Source of the DNA: Acidobacteriota bacterium
GTDB lineage: Bacteria > Acidobacteriota > UBA6911
DNA: 64,000 bases
Direction: 5' to 3'
Assembly (NCBI GenBank): GCA_963664705.1
Contig: OY761556.1
Location: 6,688,001-6,752,000, forward strand
Shown: in pieces, positions 20,139-29,684 of the stretch
Layout of the letters: each line of letters opens with the position of its first letter
How positions within the stretch are numbered: the stretch's first letter is position 1
The notes under the pieces: generated by a model
Database searches by the model: none
The model's input: the letters and a program-made list of their open reading frames with translations, nothing else
Told to the model about the DNA's origin: nothing
Position numbers and translations under genes: made by a program

Positions 20139-21212
20139 TCAGGCGGTTTTCGTCTTGTCTTTCGACGTAACTGCCAGCGAAGCTCCAAGCGCATTCATTG
20201 CCGCCCGGGTGTGCTCCGACGAGAGGTGAGCATATCTCAGTGTCATCTCAAAATCCTTATGCCTGAGAATTTCCTTCACGGTCGCGAGCGGAACTCCGCT
20301 CATGACCATGTGAGAGGCAGCGGTGTGTCTCAGTGTGTGGAATGTGACGTCTTCCAGCTTTGCCGCCTTGACAGCTTCCTCGAACTGCCGCTTGAGATCC
20401 CAGTAGGGCTGCCCTTTGATCTTCCCAGTGAAGACATAAGGAGAATCAAAGCGACGTGGAATGGATCGAAGAATCTCAACCGCTCTTTTGTCCAGCGGGA
20501 TGGTGGAATATTCGCCGTTCTTCTGGTCGAGGATTTCCAGATATTCCTGGCGAAGGTTGACATGCTCCCACTTCAGTCGAAAGACTTCGCTTTTGCGCAG
20601 TCCGGTGTGAAGTGCGAGCTCAATCATCTGCTTTAAGTCCGGAGTTGGACTGGCGTCCAGAAGAATGCTGCATTCTTCCGCGGTCAGATATCGCAACCGG
20701 CGATTGTTTTCCTTGAACTGCTTTACTCCGTGGCATGGATGGCTTTGGATAACCTTCCACTCAACAGCTTTGCTGAACAGATGCCGCAGACAAGCCATGC
20801 GGCGGTTGACCGTTGCCGGTTTGAACGGCAATTTGCGCCGGCTTTCTTTGTTCATCAGTTCAGCCTGGTACTTTTCAATGTCGGCACGTGTGATGCTGCT
20901 AAGCAAAGTGCCACTTCCGAATTGTGCTTTGATGCTCTCCAGATGAGACTCCTTGCTTTTGGCAGCTTTCTGGCCGATATCCTGGCACCATTGCGAATAC
21001 CGATCGGCGAATTGTCCGAGTGTGTCTTTGGAGACTCGTTTCTTTTCCAGGTATCGATCTTCATCAATGAGGGTCTGTATTTTCCTGAGATTTGTTTCAG
21101 CCATTTCCGGGGTAGCGCATGTTTCTCTTATTCGTACCCCTTTGAAGAACGTGTCTATCCTCCAGCGGTTGCCACGAGGCGCGATGCCAGGTGGTAACTT
21201 CTTTTTGCTCAT
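20139..21212 (-). CDS. int: Tyrosine recombinase/integrase
   Basis: HTGLRKSE (R), HTLRH, ILRH, TLRYAH catalytic residues; adjacent to the tRNA att site. Confidence 0.97.
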   Translation of the reverse strand: MSKKKLPPGIAPRGNRWRIDTFFKGVRIRETCATPEMAETNLRKIQTLIDEDRYLEKKRVSKDTLGQFADRYSQWCQDIGQKAAKSKESHLESIKAQFGSGTLLSSITRADIEKYQAELMNKESRRKLPFKPATVNRRMACLRHLFSKAVEWKVIQSHPCHGVKQFKENNRRLRYLTAEECSILLDASPTPDLKQMIELALHTGLRKSEVFRLKWEHVNLRQEYLEILDQKNGEYSTIPLDKRAVEILRSIPRRFDSPYVFTGKIKGQPYWDLKRQFEEAVKAAKLEDVTFHTLRHTAASHMVMSGVPLATVKEILRHKDFEMTLRYAHLSSEHTRAAMNALGASLAVTSKDKTKTA

Positions 21213-21304
21213 ATTTGTATCTCTCCGTTGGTAAAGGATTGTCGATCAATAACATCCCTGGTTTAGGATGCACGTTCATTCATTGACACGGCTGTGTGGA
21301 GGTG

Positions 21305-21520
21305 TCAATTGGATTTTGGCTTGATCAATGCTCGTTCGCTTCTCCGGAATAAGACAAGGTATCGCCAAAAGTGCCCATTGGGATCCTGGAAGACGATGGC
21401 AGTTTCGGATTTCCAGACAATCCTGTGCACAAAATGACCATCCAAAATCAGGGCAGGGGAAACAGATTTCGTTACCTCGTGCCGGGCCAGATGGATTTTT
21501 GTCATCTCAAGAAAGCTCAT
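21305..21520 (-). CDS. Small hypothetical protein between primase and integrase
   Basis: 71 aa, co-oriented with the core module, GAGG upstream. Confidence 0.45.
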   Translation of the reverse strand: MSFLEMTKIHLARHEVTKSVSPALILDGHFVHRIVWKSETAIVFQDPNGHFWRYLVLFRRSERALIKPKSN

Positions 21521-21537
21521 GCTATTGATTCCTCAGG

Positions 21538-21590
21538 TTGCGAGAAAAGCGGGATAAGCGAGATAAGCCGCCTTTTCTCGCTTTTCACGC
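21538..21590. repeat. 9-bp iteron cluster (putative origin)
   Basis: cgagaaaag cgggataag cgagataag followed by inverted cttttctcg cttttcacg, overlapping the primase stop codon. Confidence 0.65.
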
Positions 21591-23666
21591 AGATTTCCAT
21601 ACGGTTAACGGCCTTCCTTTGGTCTGTTTGCTCTCTTTTGTCACTTTGCCCACGCGCAATAATATATCCAGAGCTAGATCTTTCTCGCGAGTTCGATGCC
21701 CTCCAAAAAGGCGCCCAATCTCATCGTCTGTCAGGGATCCATCCGCTGATTCCTGCAAGGCATCGATAATCCTATCCGCACACTGATTCCCGGTCTTGGT
21801 TCCGAAGACATAGCGAACTGATGCATCGCAATAGTCCCATACTGCTGTTGCCGCCTGGAGATGTTCAATGCGGATCACGTTGGAACAATCCATTAGCGCA
21901 TAAATCAGGCTCAGCCGAAGCACTTGTGCCTCTGCCCGATTCAATAATCCACCAGCCAACCCAGGTTGGCCTTCAGATAAAGGGAAATAGATTGTTTCCC
22001 ACATTTCATTTGCCGGCGTATTGCGGACGATCCTGCCGGCGTTTCGGGCAAGGATCACGGCTCGTTCCATCTGTTCCGTCAGGCTGTTCAGTATCTCAGG
22101 CGGCAACGCCGCGCCGTGTGGTAATGCTTTTGATCTTTTTGCCAGCAGCCACAGGAACCGATTGCCAAACCCATTGCTCTGTTCTGTCGCAGACAGACAT
22201 CGGATCAATTCGTCTTTTGTGGTATGCCCGATGATCGAGACATGAGCGCCAGTTGAGTGGATAGGATTGTTACGAGTGAGCGTGGAAAGATTTCCGCTGT
22301 CCCACGCTTGCCGGATAACTCCTGAAAGGCTGTTTCCTTCTCGCCCCATGATCTTCAGCATGTTGGAAAATTCCGACTCGATGCAAAACAGACGCTTGTC
22401 TGGTTCTCCGGAATCAACAATCTCCTCTTCATAGTCGATAATTCGCCCACCCCTTTTTACCGGGACGGTTTTCCTCAATTCATCTCTGACGTGATAGATG
22501 AGTCCCTCTCCAGATGACAGCCCGCAGCGGACTCTACCTTCGGACCACTTGCCGTCAATCCTGCTGAATATTTCCCTTGGTGTGCTCCAGGATGTTCCTT
22601 TCCTCCCTTTGGAAGATTCTCCAATCACCACGGCGAAAATCCGAGCTGGATGCAGGTCATTTTGCACGGCTGCGTGTGCGCTGGACCCAATGATGTTTCC
22701 AAACGCGGCTAACACATGGATGAGCACAGAGGCCGGATCCGCTTCAGTATATGGGTCTATCGCGCGGACAATATCGCCAGGCAATCCATATAGAGCTTCA
22801 GGAGCCAGAACTGGCCATGAAAGAACTGTCGGTTCATTTTTCTGGCGCATCGAAATGTAGGGAGTCTTTTCATATGGAGACCCCTTTTGCATATGCTGGA
22901 TCAATTGATCATAAGTGCCTCCAGCTTGAATCCAATCGGACACATCTCCCTTTTCCGGCAATCCAGGAAGCGTCACAATCCCGACTCGGTTAGCGATAGG
23001 CATCAGATTGCGGGCAACGTCTCTTGCATGCCGTTCACCTGGCTCATCGTTATCTGGAAATATGGTCACTTCTTTACCGGTGAACAATGAATTGAAGTCC
23101 GCCCTCCATTTGCCGGCTCCTCCCGGATTGCAGGTTGCGGGAATGCCAATTGACCAGAGATGATCAACGTCCTTTTCGCCTTCGACGACGCAGACCATCT
23201 TTGAATCTTTCCATTCCGGCAACCTGTAGGGCAACAGCTTCACGCCCTGCATGCATCCCTCACCGCCGATCCACCCGCTGCCGTCCGCTCGCTCCTGAAC
23301 GAATGTCTTGCCTATTTGCGTCTTGTATCTTTTCACCCGAAACAGAGGATCCCCGTTCTCATTTCTATACACATAATCACAAATAAACTCCCAGCTGTTT
23401 TTCCCATTCAGCAGCCCATGATCACGCAGCCAGGATGAGACCGCTTTCCGGTTATCGGGATGAAGGCCGGAAATAAACGCCGCCAGATCCCAGGCATTGC
23501 CTGATTTGCCACAGGGGCCGCAGAGCCAGCAGTTCTTTTCCGGATTGATTGAAAGGCTGGGATGTTGATCGTCATGGCGAGGACACCGAAAAAGCATCTC
23601 TCTTCCTAAATACCGTCCACCCAAAAGGGCAGCTGCACGTGCGATCTCTATGCATTGGAGGGTCAT
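21585..23666 (-). CDS. Primase-helicase: CHC2-type Zn finger, Toprim and DUF3987-like P-loop domain
   Basis: CPRHDDQHPSL...CGPCG; VVEGEKD; FPDNDEPG; KGDVSDW; GESSKGRKGT; LSSGEGLI; GFGNRFLW. ATG 23666 overlaps the Xis stop (ATGA). Confidence 0.85.
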   Translation of the reverse strand: MTLQCIEIARAAALLGGRYLGREMLFRCPRHDDQHPSLSINPEKNCWLCGPCGKSGNAWDLAAFISGLHPDNRKAVSSWLRDHGLLNGKNSWEFICDYVYRNENGDPLFRVKRYKTQIGKTFVQERADGSGWIGGEGCMQGVKLLPYRLPEWKDSKMVCVVEGEKDVDHLWSIGIPATCNPGGAGKWRADFNSLFTGKEVTIFPDNDEPGERHARDVARNLMPIANRVGIVTLPGLPEKGDVSDWIQAGGTYDQLIQHMQKGSPYEKTPYISMRQKNEPTVLSWPVLAPEALYGLPGDIVRAIDPYTEADPASVLIHVLAAFGNIIGSSAHAAVQNDLHPARIFAVVIGESSKGRKGTSWSTPREIFSRIDGKWSEGRVRCGLSSGEGLIYHVRDELRKTVPVKRGGRIIDYEEEIVDSGEPDKRLFCIESEFSNMLKIMGREGNSLSGVIRQAWDSGNLSTLTRNNPIHSTGAHVSIIGHTTKDELIRCLSATEQSNGFGNRFLWLLAKRSKALPHGAALPPEILNSLTEQMERAVILARNAGRIVRNTPANEMWETIYFPLSEGQPGLAGGLLNRAEAQVLRLSLIYALMDCSNVIRIEHLQAATAVWDYCDASVRYVFGTKTGNQCADRIIDALQESADGSLTDDEIGRLFGGHRTREKDLALDILLRVGKVTKESKQTKGRPLTVWKSA

Positions 23667-23863
23667 GTCCGCCCGACCTCCCGTTGTTTCATCCACTTCG
23701 TCAGATCGGACGGCTTTACGCGAAAGACCCGTCGGCAGGCTCCCTGGGACACAATCACGCTTGGGATCTCGCCACTGGCAATCATCTGGTGGATCTTGCT
23801 TCGCCGGAGATTGAGGATTTCGCCGACTTCCTTGGGCCCCAAAAGTTTTTCAATAATCTCCAT
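23663..23863 (-). CDS. Excisionase-like helix-turn-helix protein
   Basis: 66 aa, LLGPKEVGEILNL.RSKIHQMIASGEIPS...RVKPSDL..W (HTH_17-like). Confidence 0.85.
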   Translation of the reverse strand: MEIIEKLLGPKEVGEILNLRRSKIHQMIASGEIPSVIVSQGACRRVFRVKPSDLTKWMKQREVGRT

Positions 23864-23889
23864 TGTTCCAGGCTCCTTGTGAGATGAAG

Positions 23890-24300
23890 TTAATGGCCTT
23901 CTGCTTCGAGCTTTTTCCGTATTGCCGCAGCCTCTTCTTTGGGTAGCCGGTGCAGGTTGTATCGTTCACTGTAGGTGAACTCGAAAACAGGCTTTGGCGT
24001 TTCCTGACGGGGCAGCAGCGGAATAAATCGCTCCTGGTGGGGCATTTGGGGACTATCCGCCTTATGTTGAATCGATAGAGTTTTTCTAGCCTCAGCATCC
24101 TTTCGAAAAAAATACACCTTGCGCCCACCGGATCGTGCTTTGACAAATTTTGCGATGGCTGCATGCTGAATGATCAGGCCGTGCCTCTCACGCAGAATGA
24201 CGGCAATTCGCCTGTAGGAGACAGGCGGCCGTTCGCTTCGCAAATCGCTGATTTCACTTTTGTATGGGATCAAGCTTGATTGAAATGGTTTTCCCGGCAC
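23890..24300 (-). CDS. Putative DNA-binding (HTH-like) protein, first gene of the core operon
   Basis: Basic 136-aa protein with SYRRIAVILRERHGL.I..AAIAKFVK; AAAGGA RBS. Confidence 0.65.
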   Translation of the reverse strand: MPGKPFQSSLIPYKSEISDLRSERPPVSYRRIAVILRERHGLIIQHAAIAKFVKARSGGRKVYFFRKDAEARKTLSIQHKADSPQMPHQERFIPLLPRQETPKPVFEFTYSERYNLHRLPKEEAAAIRKKLEAEGH

Positions 24301-24350
24301 GGGTTATTCCTTTCTGTTTCTGCAACATGGCGCTATGGAAAGAGGCAACA

Positions 24351-24456
24351 TGTCTCCGCTTTGTATCCGCTGTGTGTCCACTTCAGCGTTGAGGATGTAG
24401 AAAAGTGGAGACAGAGTGGAGACAAAGCGGATACAAGTCTCCACTTTGTCTCCACT
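24351..24456. repeat. Eight 11-bp repeats (consensus AGYGGAKACAR) in three alternating-orientation blocks
   Basis: tgtctccgctt tgtatccgctg tgtgtccact / agtggagacag agtggagacaa agcggataca / gtctccacttt gtctccact. Confidence 0.75.
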
Positions 24457-25141
24457 CCATTGGGGCTCGATGGGATGCTTCGAGGTATTGCGTCTAGGAT
24501 TGGAAGGGACCAATCCTAGAATTTCCATCAAGGCTTCCGTGGCTAACCGGCAACATGTAACATCGAATGAATCGCGCTCGATAGACAGAAAAAGGTGGGA
24601 GACATTTCTTGTCACGGCAATCTCCAATTAATGGGAAAGCATTGGTTCTTCCACCACTCATAGACAACGAGCGGGAAAATGGCTCAAAACTTACCGGGCA
24701 TTTTTCCGTATTGTCCTTTTTATCCGTGGCTCATTGCCGAATACCGTTTTGATAAAGAGTGAATGCCGTTCCGACCACCGGTTGCAGCACGTCAGTTTAT
24801 GTACCAAGAAAGGTCGTCACGCTGTCTTTCCATGCGCAGAAAATCCAGGAAAGAGTATACAGGCGATTTGAGAACACTTTTGTGGATGGCGGCTCATGAG
24901 GCCGCGAAAGAGGCCATTTGCCGGGCCAATTGAACAATGGTGAAACATGGAGAATCGATATGAACAATCACCCGGACGCAGAATAATAAAAAAACAAAAT
25001 GCAATTACCTATTGACACATTAAAGAATAAATACTCTTTTTTTAACGATCAATGGTTCAAGAAGTCACCGGAACGAGTGACGATAATTGCCTTCTTGATT
25101 CTGCCTCATCATGTGAAAATGGAGTCAAATTGGAGGCGTGC

Positions 25142-25534
25142 ATGGCTGCGGGTGATCCCCAGAGAACGTGGTTCCCGGAGATGATCCAGAAATTGCGGTT
25201 AGAGTGGAATGAAAGCATGGCTATCCCGGATCTAGTGGCACTATGCGATTCATTAGATAGCATGCTTCATGAAATTCGCTCCACTCGAAATATTCGCCCA
25301 CCTATCGTGAAGTGTCCTAAATGCGGAAAGGTTGGACCTGCCGCAGAAAGACATGTGAGTGTTCGTGCCATGATTCTTTCGCTAAGCCGGTTCGACATCG
25401 TCGATTCGGAGCGTGTAAAAATATTAGAGAAAAAATGGGCGGCTTATCGTAAAGAAAACGGGCTCAATCTCTATGGCAAGGCTGAAACTGGCGAAGTCAG
25501 AATCAGAAGCTGTGTCGATTCCGAAGCCGAGTAA
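25142..25534 (+). CDS. Hypothetical protein with CPKC motif
   Basis: MAAGDPQRTWFPEM...; GGAGG RBS before ATG 25142. Confidence 0.7.
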   Translation: MAAGDPQRTWFPEMIQKLRLEWNESMAIPDLVALCDSLDSMLHEIRSTRNIRPPIVKCPKCGKVGPAAERHVSVRAMILSLSRFDIVDSERVKILEKKWAAYRKENGLNLYGKAETGEVRIRSCVDSEAE

Positions 25535-25718
25535 TGCGTCGCAGAATAAAGCTCCTGAAGGGAACTTTCAGGTGGTAGGCGGTCCTCACGCAATTTTTGG
25601 CGTTTTATATAAGTTAGGGACCCGACTTTACATATTGGCGTTCTTTCCCCCAATCGGACTTATCGGGACCGGTGATTCTGATTAGTGTTTTCTATGCGGC
25701 TAGAGCTATGGTAGAGGT

Positions 25719-26099
25719 ATGAACCTTCTGAATCGTTCAGTTCTCGGCTTTTTGGTTTTTGCTATCTCCATATGCTTTGGGGCATTGCTTGCGTTCTCGG
25801 CCAGTTCCGTTTTTCGGATGCATCCTTTTGGGGATAAGACTTCGGTTTTGTTTCCAGTATTAGTAGGGATACCATTGGGCTGCGCGCTTGGAAGTGCCAC
25901 GAATCTAAAAATGCATAGACCAAAGATATATGAGAATCGCGGCATCCTGGTGGCGGCGGCGATTGTGGGAGCTTTGGGAGCAATGCTGTGCGTTGTTTTG
26001 GCTGATGCGCTTGAAGGCAAAATATTGCTCCTAAGCCCCTTCATTGTGAGCATCCTGTCTTTTGGAGCATTTTGCTTTTTAATTCATTCCAGGCCCTGA
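25719..26099 (+). CDS. Small membrane protein with about 4 TM segments
   Basis: Four hydrophobic stretches; GAGG directly upstream. Confidence 0.6.
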   Translation: MNLLNRSVLGFLVFAISICFGALLAFSASSVFRMHPFGDKTSVLFPVLVGIPLGCALGSATNLKMHRPKIYENRGILVAAAIVGALGAMLCVVLADALEGKILLLSPFIVSILSFGAFCFLIHSRP

Positions 26100-26259
26100 G
26101 ACAATTACCATTATGGCGTTCTCTCCCATATTCGGACTTCCTGGGACTTGTGTCTAGAAATATGTGATCTAAAATCAATTGTTTCACATCCTACAAGTCA
26201 GCTACAGTTTAGCCTTGGTCTGCGTCAGTTACGCAATTGCATTATGTGAGGGGCTGAAA

Positions 26260-27702
26260 TTGTCTGTCCAAGCGAAATGGTGCAAATTAGCGATGCACTG
26301 TATGGTTTTTACGTCCATACTGCATTATTCTGCTTTCAGTCAATCCGAAAGTAAGAACCCGATAGACAAGGCGCAATCCAGCGGTTCGTTCAATATTCAT
26401 GTGGATGTCGATTTAGTTACTACTGACGTGACCGTGACTGGAGCCGACGCGCCAGAATTTCAGGCCAGCGATTTTGCAATTTATGAAGACGATGTTTCTC
26501 AAAATCTAACCTACTTCTCTCGTGATCAACTTCCGATTGCAGTTGCGTTGTTGGTTGACAGCAGCGGCAGCATTGAAAAGCATCTGAATGAATTGCAAAT
26601 TGCGGCGCTGACTGCATTACGGCGTCTGAAAGCGGAAGATCAAGTCGCGCTCTATTCCTTTTCAGGCGGCTACAGGAAACTGAGCAACCTCACAGCTGAT
26701 CGATTGCATATAGCCAAATTACTCAGCCATCTCTCAATCATGGAAGGCGGGACTGATATATTTTATGCACTCCAGGATGCAACGCGTTACCTAAAAAGGG
26801 CAGCTCCGCATCATCGCAGAGCGATTATTCTTATTTCCGACAATTGCCATGCCAATGGCAAAGCCAGGCCCGACAAAATGCTGAATGAGTTGCTGGAAAG
26901 TGCCACCACGCTTTATGATATTGTAACTCCCAGCGACCATAGTGACTTGCCTTACTGTTTGATGACGGATCCCGCCATAAGAAAAATTTCTGCCGATTCC
27001 GGCGGTGAAATTGTGGATGTAAGAAACTCGATGTCGCTCAAAGGAGCATTGGGAAAAGCTATATCCAGAATTCGAATGCAATACACTTTGGGTTTCAATC
27101 CATCTGATCCCAGCCCAAAGGGGACATATCATAGATTAAAGGTCCGCTTTGCCGATGAGAATCGTTGCCGAACATGCAGAATTATCGGACGTAGCGGATA
27201 TTATTCAGGAGCATCGTTATCCGTTGCAGTTTCCGGCAAGACACAAGAAATAGCGCCACCTCACTCGACAGACTCTGATCAGCAGTTGTTGCAGAGAATT
27301 ATCCTTATTGCAGGGACATCTTCGCCAGAATTTCGTGAAATTCCATTCACGGTTACAACTGAAAAGCAAACAGCTCTCAGTGGAAAAAGAGAGGTTAAAC
27401 TTGATTTGCGGATTAATCCTTCTGAAATAGAGTTTCAGATTTCCAAGGGAAAACGAACCTACAAAGTGGTTGCAGCCATTCTGCACGCAGATGCGAAAGG
27501 AGAGATAAAAGGCTGCGAATCGTGGGTACTTGAAGATCAGCTTAGCAGGGAGGAATTTGATCGCATAATTAGGGACGGAATTCATGTAACTACTACGGTC
27601 AATTTGGAGCCACAAAATCAAATGCTAAAAGCCGTAATTTATGATGAAAACAGCGGCAAACTAGGCAGTGGATTTGTTTTTGGCTCTTACGGCGAGCGCT
27701 GA
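26260..27702 (+). CDS. Acidobacterial VWA-domain protein with C-terminal extension
   Basis: IHVDVDLVTTDVTV, MIDAS DSSGS, GGTD, ILISDN, QYTLGF; TTG start at 26260 after GAGGGG (start uncertain). Confidence 0.85.
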   Translation: MSVQAKWCKLAMHCMVFTSILHYSAFSQSESKNPIDKAQSSGSFNIHVDVDLVTTDVTVTGADAPEFQASDFAIYEDDVSQNLTYFSRDQLPIAVALLVDSSGSIEKHLNELQIAALTALRRLKAEDQVALYSFSGGYRKLSNLTADRLHIAKLLSHLSIMEGGTDIFYALQDATRYLKRAAPHHRRAIILISDNCHANGKARPDKMLNELLESATTLYDIVTPSDHSDLPYCLMTDPAIRKISADSGGEIVDVRNSMSLKGALGKAISRIRMQYTLGFNPSDPSPKGTYHRLKVRFADENRCRTCRIIGRSGYYSGASLSVAVSGKTQEIAPPHSTDSDQQLLQRIILIAGTSSPEFREIPFTVTTEKQTALSGKREVKLDLRINPSEIEFQISKGKRTYKVVAAILHADAKGEIKGCESWVLEDQLSREEFDRIIRDGIHVTTTVNLEPQNQMLKAVIYDENSGKLGSGFVFGSYGER

Positions 27703-27729
27703 TCACAACCATGATGGGAGGCATTCCCA

Positions 27730-28956
27730 ATGCGAGAAGCTGATATTTCGTTAAAAAATAACCGGATTTTAATACTTCTGATAATTGGAATCGTTTTTGT
27801 TTGCTTTTCAGTGCGTGTGAATAGCAGAGAGAATCAGATTCAATCTGTGGACAGGGTGCAACAGTCCAGCGGGCCGGATGGAGATGCAAAAATCCGAGTC
27901 TCCGCTAAAGAGATAAGATTTGATGCTGTAGTTTTAGATAAGAGCGGCCATCAAGCCATTGATCTAAAATCAGCTGATTTTGATATCTATCAAGATAATA
28001 AGAAGCAAACAGTCAATTCATGCACTTATATCGCCCATAGGCCAATCCATCTTGCAGTGCCAACTCACGTGTCAAAGGGATCAAAGACGGAGTCAATGAT
28101 AGCTTCTTCCGGACTGAGCGGCGTCGATACTCGACGAAAGATAGTCTTTTTCCCAAACTATCCCGCTATGACCCTCAAGCAAAGTCATGAGACCCAGATG
28201 TTTATTAAGAAGTTTATTGAGGACGAAATGCAGGAAGGGGATCTGGTCGCGATCACAATGAATCCGCAGGGCGATACGGAGTCGCAGATCTTCAGCTCTG
28301 ATAAAGCTTTTGTTCTTTCCGTGCTGACCCAGGGTAAATGGTGGAGCGGGCCACAACAGAATATGGAAGGGTATGGCTTGCCACTTAGTAATTGTATTCG
28401 TAAATTACAAAATATTCCCGGCCGCAAATCGTTAATAGTAATCTCACCTGAGCCGGCGTATTTGGCCGGCTACGTATACCAAGTAATATCCCCTGAATTA
28501 TTAGAGAAGATGCATGAAGTACCGGCTGATGCCGCTTTCCGGGCCGGAGTTGTCATTCACATAATAGATATTAGCGAACCGAAAAAACTTGATGCGATTG
28601 ATCACACTTTTTCTTCAGCTGGGAGTATTAGTGCTGCGGAAGAAGCAAACATGATTCGCCATGAACTCGCGAGAAAAAGTGCTGAGTCTCAATTTCCTTT
28701 GGCAAAAAGAACCGGAGGCCTTTTGGCCAAGAATTTATCAGCAAAAACAATGGAAAACATAAAGGAACAATTAGGCGGTTATTACCTGCTAACTTATACT
28801 CCGGAAGAGAGCACTTTCACTCCTCCCCCAGACTTGAGTAGGAGGCCTCCCTATCGCAAGATAAAAATCAAAGTGAAGCGATCAGGTATGGAAGTATATG
28901 CGCGAGATGGTTTCTTTGGAGTGCCATCACGCGAGAACACTGTAACGGGGAAATGA
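27730..28956 (+). CDS. VWA-related protein with degenerate MIDAS
   Basis: IRVSAKEIRFDAVVLDKSGH...DFDIYQD, PGRKSLIVIS, TGG, YYLLTY.P, YRKIKIKV, ARDGFF; no DxSxS. Confidence 0.8.
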   Translation: MREADISLKNNRILILLIIGIVFVCFSVRVNSRENQIQSVDRVQQSSGPDGDAKIRVSAKEIRFDAVVLDKSGHQAIDLKSADFDIYQDNKKQTVNSCTYIAHRPIHLAVPTHVSKGSKTESMIASSGLSGVDTRRKIVFFPNYPAMTLKQSHETQMFIKKFIEDEMQEGDLVAITMNPQGDTESQIFSSDKAFVLSVLTQGKWWSGPQQNMEGYGLPLSNCIRKLQNIPGRKSLIVISPEPAYLAGYVYQVISPELLEKMHEVPADAAFRAGVVIHIIDISEPKKLDAIDHTFSSAGSISAAEEANMIRHELARKSAESQFPLAKRTGGLLAKNLSAKTMENIKEQLGGYYLLTYTPEESTFTPPPDLSRRPPYRKIKIKVKRSGMEVYARDGFFGVPSRENTVTGK

Positions 28957-29167
28957 TTTCCTCATTTCTGACCCTTTAAAAACCGCATTTTTGTCTTAAG
29001 TCCCAAGAAACGGCATTCGAGGAAACTACTCTGGCTTTGCAACAGTGGCGGATTCCATTTTTGCTGGCAGCTAAGTTTCAAGCTTTGAAAGATGACGCTT
29101 TTGTGGAATGATCTCTGGAATCGCTTCTAATCTTATAGTCCATGAAATTACTTGGCCTAAATTCGAG

Positions 29168-29216
29168 ACGCACTAAACACGCAGAATTTACGCACCATCG
29201 GCGCACCAAGCACGCA
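29168..29216. repeat. Imperfect 11-bp tandem repeat (ACGCA core, about 5 units)
   Basis: acgcactaaac acgcagaattt acgcaccatcg gcgcaccaagc acgca. Confidence 0.55.
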
Positions 29217-29308
29217 TCCGGATAAATGCCCTTCCGGAAACTTGAATTCTAAGGCGAAGCCTTAGGGATGGTGTCTTACTACAGATATTTCCACAAGCAG
29301 CAACACCT

Positions 29309-29392
29309 CACCGGACCATACCCTGACAAACACCGGACAAGCGCCGGACACCGAACAGACGTCGAACAACAGTCGAACAAACACCGAACAGT
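29309..29392. repeat. Imperfect ~11-bp tandem repeat (CACCGRACAAA-like, about 8 units)
   Basis: caccggaccat accctgacaaa caccggacaag cgccggac accgaacaga cgtcgaacaac agtcgaacaaa caccgaacagt. Confidence 0.6.
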
Positions 29393-29531
29393 AGATATCC
29401 AGAATGCCTTCTCTGTGCGTATTCTGATCTGCGTTCTGATAAAGGTTGATAGAGAACGCAAGCTGAACAATGGGGTACTAGTGGATCGATGATTGAGGCT
29501 CCGACCGGTGCTCAGTCATTCATAGCCCAGA

Positions 29532-29632
29532 CTTTTCTCGCTTATCTCGCTTTTCTCGCATGCCCGGATATTTTGAATTGTTCCCGCGATGTCGGAATTA
29601 CTTGAAAATTCTTGGGGGTTATTTGGGGGTAA
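29532..29632 (+). repeat. ~100-bp direct repeat A (3 iterons plus arm-type pair)
   Basis: cttttctcg cttatctcg cttttctcg ca...gaaaattcttgggggttatttgggggtaa; aligns along its length with 31139-31242. Confidence 0.85.
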
Positions 29633-29642
29633 ATATCGATGT

Positions 29643-29663
29643 TTATTTATTTACAATAAATAA
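29643..29663. promoter_or_regulatory. Inverted repeat in the AT-rich abiE promoter (putative AbiEi operator)
   Basis: ttatttatt-tac-aataaataa, a perfect 9-bp inverted repeat ~20 bp before the ATG. AbiEi proteins are known to autorepress at promoter inverted repeats. Confidence 0.5.
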
Positions 29664-29684
29664 CAAATATGTTAATTATTATAT

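Noticed and set aside
28990-29032. Third, inverted copy of the 25636/26114 repeat
   Set aside because: Similarity is limited to about 12 bp (ttc.tgggactt), too weak to support.
24351-29392. CRISPR array
   Set aside because: The repeats are ~11 bp and tandem, without unique spacers; no cas genes.
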